From Patescibacteria group bacterium (GTDB taxonomy: Bacteria > Patescibacteriota > Patescibacteriia > UBA10025 > JAHIVO01): DNA of 64,000 nucleotides. Position numbers and translations under genes: made by a program. Positions 7,545 through 15,940 of this stretch are shown in pieces (the first letter of the stretch is position 1; each line of letters opens with the position of its first letter). The notes under the pieces are model-generated. The model saw only the letters and a list, made by a program, of their open reading frames with translations. It was not told the origin of the DNA and did not search any database. The stretch covers positions 403 through 64,402 of the forward strand of contig JAZDEZ010000021.1 of NCBI GenBank assembly GCA_043808365.1. The letters are read 5' to 3'.

Positions 7545-8657
7545 ATGGAAAATGTCGCGGACAAACTACGGCCAAAACCGCGCCGTCCCGCCCGCTGGGC
7601 GGCAATTCTCACAATAACCATTGCCTGTCTTATCGCTGGCGCAGTCTGGATATGGCAATACAACAGTTCGCGATATGACAAACAGCCTGAATTAATATTA
7701 AACGCCCAACGCGCCATATCGCCCGATGCCGCCAACAGCAACAAAAATAGCGCTACCACGACGCTGATCGCCGTCGGCGACATTATGCTGTCGCGGGATG
7801 TTGAGCAAAAAATGATCAATAAAAAAGATTGGCGGTTCCCGTTTTTAGAAACAGCCGCTCTGACCTCGGCCGGCGATATTGTTTTCGGCAACCTCGAAAC
7901 GCCCCTCATCAACGGACCGAGGGTGCTGACCGGGGAAATGTCATTCCGCGCAGACACCCGATCAGTGGCCGGCTTAACGTATGCGGGATTTAATGTCCTG
8001 TCATTGGCGAACAATCATGTGAAAAATCAGGGCGAGGCGGGCATCGCTTCAACGATCGAAACGCTTGACCAGGTAAATATTTTACACGCTGGAGCCGGAT
8101 CAAATGATGCGGCCGCGCGCGAACCGGCCATTATGGAAAAAAACGGGCTCAAGTTCGGTTTTCTGGCGTATGTGGACAGCGCGTTCACGCCCGCATCGTA
8201 TGAAGCGACGCCAATTAGGGCTGGCTCGCCTTTTTTAAATGAAGCTGCTTTAGCGGACGACCTGGCTGGACTGAAACCGCGGGCTGACGTCATTATCGTC
8301 TCAATGCACGCCGGCACTGAATACCAGGACTCGCAAAACCAAAAACAAACCAGCTTCGCCCGGCGGGCCATTGACCTGGGCGCCCAGGTGGTGATCGGCC
8401 ACCATCCGCACGTCGTCGAGCCGGTCGAACAATACCGCGACGGCTATATTATGTATTCACTCGGCAATTTCGTCTTTGACCAGATGTGGTCGGCCAAGAC
8501 CCGCGCCGGCGCCGTAGCGACAATCACCTTCACCGGAACCAAACCTTCGGATATTAAAATAACTCCCATAAAAATATTTGAGTACGCCCAGCCGAGAGTG
8601 ATCGAGGGCACGGAAGCTGAGGCAATTTTGGCCAGGATGAATAGTTTTACAAAATAG
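7545..8657 (+). CDS. CapA/PGA-biosynthesis family metallophosphoesterase-like protein with an N-terminal membrane anchor
   Basis: Motifs seen: IAVGDIML, FGNLETPL, LSLANNH, VSMHAGTEY, VIGHHPHV, YSLGNFVFDQ. Confidence 0.8.
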   Translation: MENVADKLRPKPRRPARWAAILTITIACLIAGAVWIWQYNSSRYDKQPELILNAQRAISPDAANSNKNSATTTLIAVGDIMLSRDVEQKMINKKDWRFPFLETAALTSAGDIVFGNLETPLINGPRVLTGEMSFRADTRSVAGLTYAGFNVLSLANNHVKNQGEAGIASTIETLDQVNILHAGAGSNDAAAREPAIMEKNGLKFGFLAYVDSAFTPASYEATPIRAGSPFLNEAALADDLAGLKPRADVIIVSMHAGTEYQDSQNQKQTSFARRAIDLGAQVVIGHHPHVVEPVEQYRDGYIMYSLGNFVFDQMWSAKTRAGAVATITFTGTKPSDIKITPIKIFEYAQPRVIEGTEAEAILARMNSFTK

Positions 8658-8674
8658 ACGTTTTATGATATAAT
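8646..8674 (+). promoter_or_regulatory. Sigma70-type promoter TTTACA-N17-TATAAT with TG extension
   Basis: The 21-nt string cgttttatgatataatcaacg (8659-8679) is identical to 21784-21804. Confidence 0.6.
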
Positions 8675-8697
8675 CAACGCATCCTAAAACAACAAAA

Positions 8698-9582
8698 ATG
8701 AAAAAATCATTCCCAAAAATTACGAAAGTCATCATCCCGGCCGCCGGATTCGGGACGCGTTTTTTGCCGGTTACCAAAGCCATGCCGAAGGAAATGCTGC
8801 CGATCATCGATAAGCCGGTCATCCAATTCGTCGTGGAAGAGGCGGTGTCAGCCGGCATCAAAGACGTGATCATCGTCACCAGCTGGCAAAAACGCTCGCT
8901 CGAGGACCATTTCGACTATTCGCTCGAGCTCGAACGCCAACTGGAATCAACCGGCAAATTAGAACAACTGAAAGAAATCCGCCGCATCCCGGAGCTGGCC
9001 AACTTCATCTATATCAGGCAGAAAGGCCCCTACGGCAACGCCACGCCGGTCATTTCCGCGCGCCATCTGGTGGAGCACGAGGCTTTCGCGGTTTTATGGG
9101 GAGATGAATTTTTCCACAGCGACCCGCCCCGCCTGAAGCAGATGATGGCCGTGTACGAAAAATACGGCCATTCGGTCATCAGCGCGGTGCGCATCCCGAA
9201 CAAGAATGACGTCTCAAAATACGGCATCGCGGACATTGAGCCGGTAGAGGGAAACGTATTCCGGATTAAATCGCTGGTGGAAAAACCAAAACCGGAAGCA
9301 GCGCCGTCCAACCTCGCCACGCATGGAGCCTATATTCTGACCCCGGGCATTATCCAGTCGCTTCGCCAGCTCCAGCCCGGCAAGGACGGTGAGTTGTGGC
9401 TGGTCGACGCGATCAAGGACTTAATGACGCGCGAACCGGTGTATGCCTGTGAAATCAAAAACAGCACGTACTACGATACGGGCAATAAGCTGGAATACCT
9501 GAAAGCCAACATCGAATTCGCCCTCCTGAGGGACGACCTGTCACAGCCTCTGCGGGATTATCTAAAAACTCTTCCTCTATGA
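8698..9582 (+). CDS. galU: UTP--glucose-1-phosphate uridylyltransferase
   Basis: KVIIPAAGFGTRFLPVTKAMPKEMLPIIDKPVIQ at the N-terminus, with a typical length of 294 aa. Confidence 0.9.
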   Translation: MKKSFPKITKVIIPAAGFGTRFLPVTKAMPKEMLPIIDKPVIQFVVEEAVSAGIKDVIIVTSWQKRSLEDHFDYSLELERQLESTGKLEQLKEIRRIPELANFIYIRQKGPYGNATPVISARHLVEHEAFAVLWGDEFFHSDPPRLKQMMAVYEKYGHSVISAVRIPNKNDVSKYGIADIEPVEGNVFRIKSLVEKPKPEAAPSNLATHGAYILTPGIIQSLRQLQPGKDGELWLVDAIKDLMTREPVYACEIKNSTYYDTGNKLEYLKANIEFALLRDDLSQPLRDYLKTLPL

Positions 9583-10976
9583 CAAAACGCATGGCCGTAC
9601 GGCGCCATCAAAAAGGCATCTCGAAATTATTCATCCTGATCATTCTGGGCGGCATTGCGCTGGTCATTGGCGGGGTAGTTTTCATCATTTTCGGGCCAAA
9701 AGGCGCGCCAGATCCAAAACCGGTCAGCCTGGCTATTTGGGGCGTGTGGGACGAAAGCACTGACCTCGCGCCGATGACCAATGCCTACAGCCAAGCGCAC
9801 CCGTATGTAAAGATTACCTACGTAAAAAAACGGCTGGAAGAATACCCCGACGCGCTGCTCAATGGCTGGGCGACCGACACCGGCCCGGATATATTCGTTA
9901 TTAACAATACCTGGATCAACAAATACGGTTCGGAATTCATCGCGCCGATGCCGAAGTCAACTACCGTATACACCTACACTACCAAGAAAACTCTATTCAA
10001 AACTGACACGAAAATTACGGCCACGCCGACCGCGTCCATTACCACTGCTGACATCAAGCGCAATTACGTCACGGCAGTGTATGACGACGTTATATTTGAC
10101 GGAAAAATATACGGCCTCCCCTTGAGCGTCAATACGCTCGTGATGTATTACAATCGCGATCTCTTGAGCCAGGCCCATATCGTGAATCCCCCGAAAACGT
10201 GGGTTGAATTCGCCAATATCCTGCCGAAAATAACCCTCCTCGATGATCAGAATAATATTGTCCGGGGCGGGGCGGCGCTCGGAACCTATGACAACATCCC
10301 CGGCGCCAATGACATTGCCACCATTTTGATGATGCAGAACGGCACCGTGATGGCGAGCGGCTCAAAAATAACTCTTGGCGCCAGCGCGACGGGCGATCCC
10401 GCGTATGTCCCCGGCGTGCAAGCCCTCCGATTTTATACTGATTTTGCCAGCCCGAACAAAACCGTCTACACCTGGAACAAAGACATGCCTAATGCCCTGG
10501 ATTATTTCGCGGCCGGCAAGCTGGCATTTTTCTTCGGCTATAAATACCAGGAAGCGGACATCAAGGCGAAAAGCCGCGGCATCGACTACGCCATTGCCCC
10601 TCTGCCGCAAGTAAATTTGGAAAATGAGGTGAACTTTGCTAATTACAGCGTATTTACCGTCTCGAAAAAAACAAAAAATTCCGCCGTGGCCTGGAATTTC
10701 ATTCAATTCGCGAATGACAAAAAATTGAATGCCGCCTACACAAAAACTACCAGCCAAACCAGCGCCCTCCGGGCCGTCCTCAATGACCAAATAAGCGACC
10801 CCGACCTGGGGATCCTGGCCCAGCAGGCACTGACCGCGACGAGCTGGTACCATGGCCGCGATCCTGAAAGCGCCGCGGCGGCGTTTAGGGAAATGATCCA
10901 GACCGCGTCAGCCGATCCCAACGACATAAAAAAAGCTCTTGACGCGGCGGCGGTAAAAATCCAGCAGACATATTAA
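9579..10976 (+). CDS. ABC-transporter-type extracellular solute-binding protein (sugar family), membrane anchored
   Basis: N-terminal TM anchor. An SBP family 1-like pattern is present (LAIWGVWDE.., GPDIFVINNTW, YGLPLSVNTLVMYYN). The start overlaps the galU stop as ATGA. Confidence 0.7.
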   Translation: MTKRMAVRRHQKGISKLFILIILGGIALVIGGVVFIIFGPKGAPDPKPVSLAIWGVWDESTDLAPMTNAYSQAHPYVKITYVKKRLEEYPDALLNGWATDTGPDIFVINNTWINKYGSEFIAPMPKSTTVYTYTTKKTLFKTDTKITATPTASITTADIKRNYVTAVYDDVIFDGKIYGLPLSVNTLVMYYNRDLLSQAHIVNPPKTWVEFANILPKITLLDDQNNIVRGGAALGTYDNIPGANDIATILMMQNGTVMASGSKITLGASATGDPAYVPGVQALRFYTDFASPNKTVYTWNKDMPNALDYFAAGKLAFFFGYKYQEADIKAKSRGIDYAIAPLPQVNLENEVNFANYSVFTVSKKTKNSAVAWNFIQFANDKKLNAAYTKTTSQTSALRAVLNDQISDPDLGILAQQALTATSWYHGRDPESAAAAFREMIQTASADPNDIKKALDAAAVKIQQTY

Positions 10977-10985
10977 TTCCTCACC

Positions 10986-12986
10986 ATGAACGCTCAGAAA
11001 AAAAACCTACTGCTCATTTCCATTTTCTCTCTCATTTTTATTGTCGGCGTGTCATTGCCTTTCCTGACCCATGCGGCTGACGATACGGGCAGTGGTTTTG
11101 AATTTATCCCTCAGGAATGCACCGGCAACCAAGGCCCAGATGACCCTCCTTGCGATTTGAACTCCTTTGTTAATTTATTCGTCAACCTGGCGCAGGTGGC
11201 GCTCAAAGTCCTGCCCTTCCTGGCCATGCTCATGATGATCTGGGCCGGATTCAACCTGATTACCGCCGGCGGCAGCCCGGAAAAAATCCAGCAGGGCAAA
11301 AAAATGGTCACCTCCGTCGTGATTGGCGTCGTTATCGTCATTTTCCTGGCCTGGGGATTCGCCGCATTCGTTGTATCTACGCTGACATGTAATCCCCAGG
11401 ATCTGGCAGCAGGGAAGACATGCCTCGGTACAGTATTCCCAGGCTACGGCACCCCATTTGAAAAAGACTGGTGGGGCGGCGGCGAAGCTAACCCCAAACC
11501 CCCGAACTCCGGCTGCTGCGTCGTGGAATTCAGCGGGTGCAAAGAAGTCACGCAAACCGAGTGCACTTCCTGGAGTACGCTTTACGACGACGAGGTCCAG
11601 TTTATGGGCGAAAACGTATTCTGCTCCGAAGCCAAGGCAGTCTGTGAAAATTATACCAAAGGCTGCTGCGTACCGAACGATCCCACTGAAAAAACATGCT
11701 ACTGGCCGGACGCAAAGACGGGCTGTATCCCCTATCCGACGACTCAACATGACCCCACGGCCTGCAAGTATCTTGGCCAAAAATGCGACAAGGATAAAAT
11801 CCAAGGTGAAGGAACGGCAGACGAGGGCGTCACCGGCTGCTGCGTCCAGCTTTCAACCTGCTCCATGACAAAAATTGGCGACTGCCAGTCCGGAGGCACA
11901 TTCTTGCAGGGCAAAGACTGCTCTACTTCAGACGAGGGCAAGGACTCATGCGGCTCTGGCTGCTGTATCGGCAAGAATAGCTGTACAAAGGGCAAGGTCG
12001 GCTGTGACAGCAAACTCTGGGATCCTCAGGAATGCTCCAGCCTGACTAATGATTGTGAAACCAACTGTTGCGTTCAAGATCCGGGTGGCAATAACAACTG
12101 CTATGACAACACTACCCGGAGTTATTGCGGCTCCGTGCTCCAAGGTAATACGCAAGCTGTGCCTTGTTCATCAGTTCCTGTATGCACAAACGGATGTTGT
12201 GCAGAAACTTGTACCCCAGGAAATATTGATGGCGCTTGCACTGATTATACATATGTCAGCGGTACTGCCTGTAATGTCCTGCCAGAATGCCAAGGCGTCT
12301 GCTGCCTGTACGCCAACTCTCTTTCATGCTCATCGAATATTTTGACGAGGGATTGCCAGGATGCCGGTGATGTGATCATCCCCGGAGGTGCTCAATGCCC
12401 AACGGCCACTGACGAAACATGTGAGCAAGTCACCTGCTTAGAATCTGACAATGGCACCTGTCTGACAAAAGCAAGAAGGCTATGCGTAGCTCCAGACGTA
12501 ATAAACCCCGGGGGTGGCCTCTGCGATACCGGCTGCTGCTTTATCCCGAATGACGTCGCTTGCCACGACCAATATACCCGTGACCAATGCGGCCGAGCTA
12601 GTGGAACTTTTTCCCATAACACCTCCTGTTCAAAAGTCGATAACTGTAACGGCTGCTGCGTGAAAAAACATGACACCTACTCCTGTTCCGAGTCCTGGAC
12701 GCGCGGCCAATGTACGGCCGATAATGTCGCCAACACGTTTTATCCCGGAGACAAATGCACTGACGTCACTGAAGCTGGCCAAAAAGTGTGCACCGTCGGC
12801 TGCTGCCACTACTGCCTGAATAATGACTGCGTGGCCAATCCGGACATCTGCACCATGCTCTCGACGCAACAATATTGCTCAACCAGAGGCCCGGTGGTCG
12901 AATTCGTCCCCAATGATCCAGCCTGCTATGTCCTGCGGCATCGGGAGATAAACCCCATTCAATGCGATGTCGTAAACTCAAATTAA
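10986..12986 (+). CDS. TrbC/VirB2-like (T4SS-pilin-like) membrane protein fused to a ~490-aa cysteine-rich repeat domain
   Basis: Signal peptide. The pilin-like core is LPFLAMLMMIWAGFNLITAGGSPEKIQQGKKMVTSVVIGVVIVIFLAWGF. This is followed by 10 CC-containing modules (GCCV x4, GCCI, NCCV, GCCA, VCCL, GCCF, GCCH), each with downstream spaced single Cys residues. Confidence 0.7.
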   Translation: MNAQKKNLLLISIFSLIFIVGVSLPFLTHAADDTGSGFEFIPQECTGNQGPDDPPCDLNSFVNLFVNLAQVALKVLPFLAMLMMIWAGFNLITAGGSPEKIQQGKKMVTSVVIGVVIVIFLAWGFAAFVVSTLTCNPQDLAAGKTCLGTVFPGYGTPFEKDWWGGGEANPKPPNSGCCVVEFSGCKEVTQTECTSWSTLYDDEVQFMGENVFCSEAKAVCENYTKGCCVPNDPTEKTCYWPDAKTGCIPYPTTQHDPTACKYLGQKCDKDKIQGEGTADEGVTGCCVQLSTCSMTKIGDCQSGGTFLQGKDCSTSDEGKDSCGSGCCIGKNSCTKGKVGCDSKLWDPQECSSLTNDCETNCCVQDPGGNNNCYDNTTRSYCGSVLQGNTQAVPCSSVPVCTNGCCAETCTPGNIDGACTDYTYVSGTACNVLPECQGVCCLYANSLSCSSNILTRDCQDAGDVIIPGGAQCPTATDETCEQVTCLESDNGTCLTKARRLCVAPDVINPGGGLCDTGCCFIPNDVACHDQYTRDQCGRASGTFSHNTSCSKVDNCNGCCVKKHDTYSCSESWTRGQCTADNVANTFYPGDKCTDVTEAGQKVCTVGCCHYCLNNDCVANPDICTMLSTQQYCSTRGPVVEFVPNDPACYVLRHREINPIQCDVVNSN

Positions 12987-13028
12987 TATTGAATTATATT
13001 TTTATTTGATTATTTCCGGCCTAACTAT

Positions 13029-13415
13029 ATGAAAAAAAACATCCTGCTTCTCGCCGTCATCTTCACCCTGACCGCCATCTGGTCGGCCTCCGTCTTATTG
13101 TACCCCGTCCACGTGCAGGCCCAAGAATCCGAAACAACTGCGACCACGCCGTCATTGCCGAACCCTCTGGGTAAAAACGTCAATTTGGTAAAGGTAATAT
13201 TGCGCGTACTCCAGATCATCCTGGCCGCGGTGGATATTTTTGCCCTGTTCATGGTCATCCTGGGCGGGTTTGAATTCTTGATCTCCGCCGGCAACCCAAA
13301 CCTGGTAAAGAAAGCAAAAGACACGCTAGTCTGGGCGATTGTCGGAATTCTGGTCATTACGCTGAGCTATTCCATTTTAAAATTTATTTTCGAAGAAATT
13401 CAGAAAAAACTTTAA
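13029..13415 (+). CDS. TrbC/VirB2-like pilin-family small membrane protein
   Basis: Signal peptide plus the core IFALFMVILGGFEFLISAGNPNLVKKAKDTLVWAIVGILVITL. It is a paralogue of the N-terminal part of 10986..12986. Confidence 0.7.
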   Translation: MKKNILLLAVIFTLTAIWSASVLLYPVHVQAQESETTATTPSLPNPLGKNVNLVKVILRVLQIILAAVDIFALFMVILGGFEFLISAGNPNLVKKAKDTLVWAIVGILVITLSYSILKFIFEEIQKKL

Positions 13416-13421
13416 TGGCGG

Positions 13422-13450
13422 TTGACAAACAGAATGAAAAAAGGTATAAT
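13422..13450 (+). promoter_or_regulatory. Perfect consensus sigma70 promoter TTGACA-N17-TATAAT
   Basis: ggTTGACAaacagaatgaaaaaaggTATAATg lies upstream of the third pilin-like gene. Confidence 0.75.
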
Positions 13451-13526
13451 GCCGACAGTCGTCTATTTGATTGCTAATAACAGATACTTCCAGTATCTTT
13501 TCAATATGGAAGGGGGTGAGAATTGA

Positions 13527-13880
13527 ATGAATAAAAAATTATCTGTCGGTTTATTAACTATCGCGGCAGTCGCCCTGCCATTTGTCGCATCAGCAGTTAC
13601 GGTCGATCCAGTCCTCGGCTCAACTTTAACATTGGGCACAGCAGACCTCGAATCAACAGTCATTAAGATCGTGCAATGGGCGCTCGGATTCCTCGGTCTC
13701 GTCGCCGTGATCATGATCTTGATTGGTGGCTTCCAATGGATGACCGCCGGCGGCAACGAAGAGAAAGTTGCTGGAGCTAAGAAAATTATCTCCGCGGCTG
13801 TTATCGGCTTAATCGTCATATTGCTGGCCTGGGCTATCGTCATCTTCGTCGTCACGCAGACCAACAAGGTCACGACCTAA
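13527..13880 (+). CDS. TrbC/VirB2-like pilin-family small membrane protein
   Basis: Signal peptide plus the core LVAVIMILIGGFQWMTAGGNEEKVAGAKKIISAAVIGLIVILLAWA. A GGGGGTGA RBS is present. Confidence 0.7.
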   Translation: MNKKLSVGLLTIAAVALPFVASAVTVDPVLGSTLTLGTADLESTVIKIVQWALGFLGLVAVIMILIGGFQWMTAGGNEEKVAGAKKIISAAVIGLIVILLAWAIVIFVVTQTNKVTT

Positions 13881-13913
13881 TACCGCCTATTAACGTAGTT
13901 AATACATATTCAT

Positions 13914-13948
13914 CCCCCGCACTGTTAACAGTGCGGGGGTTTGTTTTT
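13914..13948 (+). terminator. Strong rho-independent terminator
   Basis: An 11-bp stem CCCCCGCACTG / CAGTGCGGGGG with loop TTAA, followed by TTTGTTTTT. Confidence 0.9.
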
Positions 13949-15940
13949 ATGGGTCACCTCGGATACAATATATTCATGCTACCAATAGAAAAATCAATTG
14001 CCTGGGTTGAAAAAAACCGGCCGCTGCTCGTCTGGGGAGCGATTCTGCTTGTATCGACGGTAATGATATGCGGCGTGGCGGTGAAATACATCCATCTTGG
14101 TTATAACGCAATGGATCTGGGCATCTATAACCAGGTTTTTTATAATACGGCGCATGGCCGGCTATTCGAGTTCAGCGTCCACCCTCACTCATACTTGGGG
14201 GATCATTTTGAGCTGTTCATACTTGGCCTGTCGTTTCTCTACGCGATATATCAATCCCCAATCACCCTATTGATCCTGCAAGTGCTGGCCCTGACCGTCG
14301 CGGCGTGGCCATTGTACCTGATCGCGAAAAAAATCCTGCCCGGCGCGTTCCCCTGGCTGGCGGCGCTGGCATGGCTCATCAACCCCTTCATGTGGAACAT
14401 GGCTTTTTTTGAATTCCATATTCTCCCGTTTGCCGTCATCCTGATACTGTTCGCGTATTATTTTTACGAACAAAAAAAATTCTGGCCTTTTGTACTATGC
14501 TCTTTCCTGGCCATGACGGTGCGCGAGGATGTGGCTTTGGTAATTATTATGTTTGGGTTTTTGTCCTTGATCCAGCGCCGGTCATGGCCATGGGTCCTCC
14601 TGCCAATTATTTCCGGCGGCTTATGGTTTATCGCGGCCATGCAACTGACCGGCTATTTCAATATGTACGGCTCATATAAATTTTTATCCATGTACCCATG
14701 GCTAGGCGCTACGCTGGCCGGCGCGCTTAAAACAATACTGATAAAACCATGGCTGGTTATCACCCACCTGATCACTTTCAAAAACTTGCTTTTAGCCATT
14801 GGCCTGCTGCTTCCACTGGCCGCGCTGCCGATCCTAAAACCAAAAACGCTGATTTTGGGCGCGCTCATTGCCGTCCAGCTTTTTTTATCAAGCTTCAGCC
14901 CGACGGTAGTTCTGGAAACGCATTATACCGCCCTGATCCTGCCGTTATTATTTATATCAGCCATCTCCGGACTGTCCTATCTTGTGGCCAATCCTACCCC
15001 CGAAAACCGCAAAAAACCGTTTATTCTGCGCTATCGCGGGCTTTATGGGATTATTATCGCTAGTGCCATAATCTACTCATTTATCATCATCAGTCCCATT
15101 GCCGCGCTTGGGCGCTCAATTTTTTCTGATGCCTGGAATGAAAATTCTATAAAAACTAAAAAAGCTGCGGCGCAACAAATTTCACCTCGCGACGCGGTGG
15201 CGGCAGGATATGATTTCTTGGCCCCACTATCCAATCGGGAGCGTCTCTATTCATTGAATTACGCGTTCCTGGGGAAAAAACAATATTCAGGCCAGGAGTA
15301 CCGCCTGCCGCAGGATACAAGCCGCATCATCATGGACGCGTCAGATTTCATCGCGTACCAGCTCCAATACAGCGACAAGCCTGAATACCGCACGGGCGCG
15401 GCCAGGATCGTCGCATATATCCGGGACTTCAATCTCAGGATCGATTCGGTTCATGATTCAATCGTGACGTTTTCAAAAAATGGCAACCCTGAAATAAAGC
15501 TTTTTGAATTCATTGACACGTTGCCAACAGATGTGAGAATTGCCAGCCAGCCAATTAATCAACAATTAACTCTTATTGGCTGGAATAAAAAAAACTACCT
15601 TGATGAAAAATCCGGCGCCCAGGAAATTGCACTAATGATGTACTGGAGGCTGTCCGCGACAGTCTCGGAAAATTTTGACATCATGTTCAGTATCAAAGGC
15701 GGCGATGGGAAAAAAATCTATGAAAAAATATTCCCATTCGGATATGGGCTGGCGCCGACGTTCAACTGGCCGGATGACAAAATCGTTGCCACGTATTTCT
15801 GGCTGTCAGCGCCCCAAATGAACTCATCCATTACTGCTTCTGTAATAGACATCAGCGGATACCTCGACCTGGATGGATGGCGGTCGGCAAAAACCGTCTT
15901 TACGAAAAAAAATATTGTCGGGCCTGAAATTCCATTATAA
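13949..15940 (+). CDS. DUF2079-like polytopic membrane protein (GT-C-like putative glycosyltransferase)
   Basis: YNAMDLGIYNQVFYNTAHGRLFEFSVHPHSYLGDHFELF resembles the DUF2079 signature. Many TM segments are followed by a C-terminal soluble domain. The start is moved to ATG 13949 (or 13976) because the track's GTG at 13931 lies inside the terminator stem. Confidence 0.6.
   Translation: MGHLGYNIFMLPIEKSIAWVEKNRPLLVWGAILLVSTVMICGVAVKYIHLGYNAMDLGIYNQVFYNTAHGRLFEFSVHPHSYLGDHFELFILGLSFLYAIYQSPITLLILQVLALTVAAWPLYLIAKKILPGAFPWLAALAWLINPFMWNMAFFEFHILPFAVILILFAYYFYEQKKFWPFVLCSFLAMTVREDVALVIIMFGFLSLIQRRSWPWVLLPIISGGLWFIAAMQLTGYFNMYGSYKFLSMYPWLGATLAGALKTILIKPWLVITHLITFKNLLLAIGLLLPLAALPILKPKTLILGALIAVQLFLSSFSPTVVLETHYTALILPLLFISAISGLSYLVANPTPENRKKPFILRYRGLYGIIIASAIIYSFIIISPIAALGRSIFSDAWNENSIKTKKAAAQQISPRDAVAAGYDFLAPLSNRERLYSLNYAFLGKKQYSGQEYRLPQDTSRIIMDASDFIAYQLQYSDKPEYRTGAARIVAYIRDFNLRIDSVHDSIVTFSKNGNPEIKLFEFIDTLPTDVRIASQPINQQLTLIGWNKKNYLDEKSGAQEIALMMYWRLSATVSENFDIMFSIKGGDGKKIYEKIFPFGYGLAPTFNWPDDKIVATYFWLSAPQMNSSITASVIDISGYLDLDGWRSAKTVFTKKNIVGPEIPL

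Noticed and set aside
13931-13948. GTG start at 13931 given by the ORF track for the DUF2079-like gene
   Set aside because: These codons lie in the descending arm and T-run of the strong terminator of the preceding pilin-like gene. The ATG at 13949 or 13976 is more plausible.
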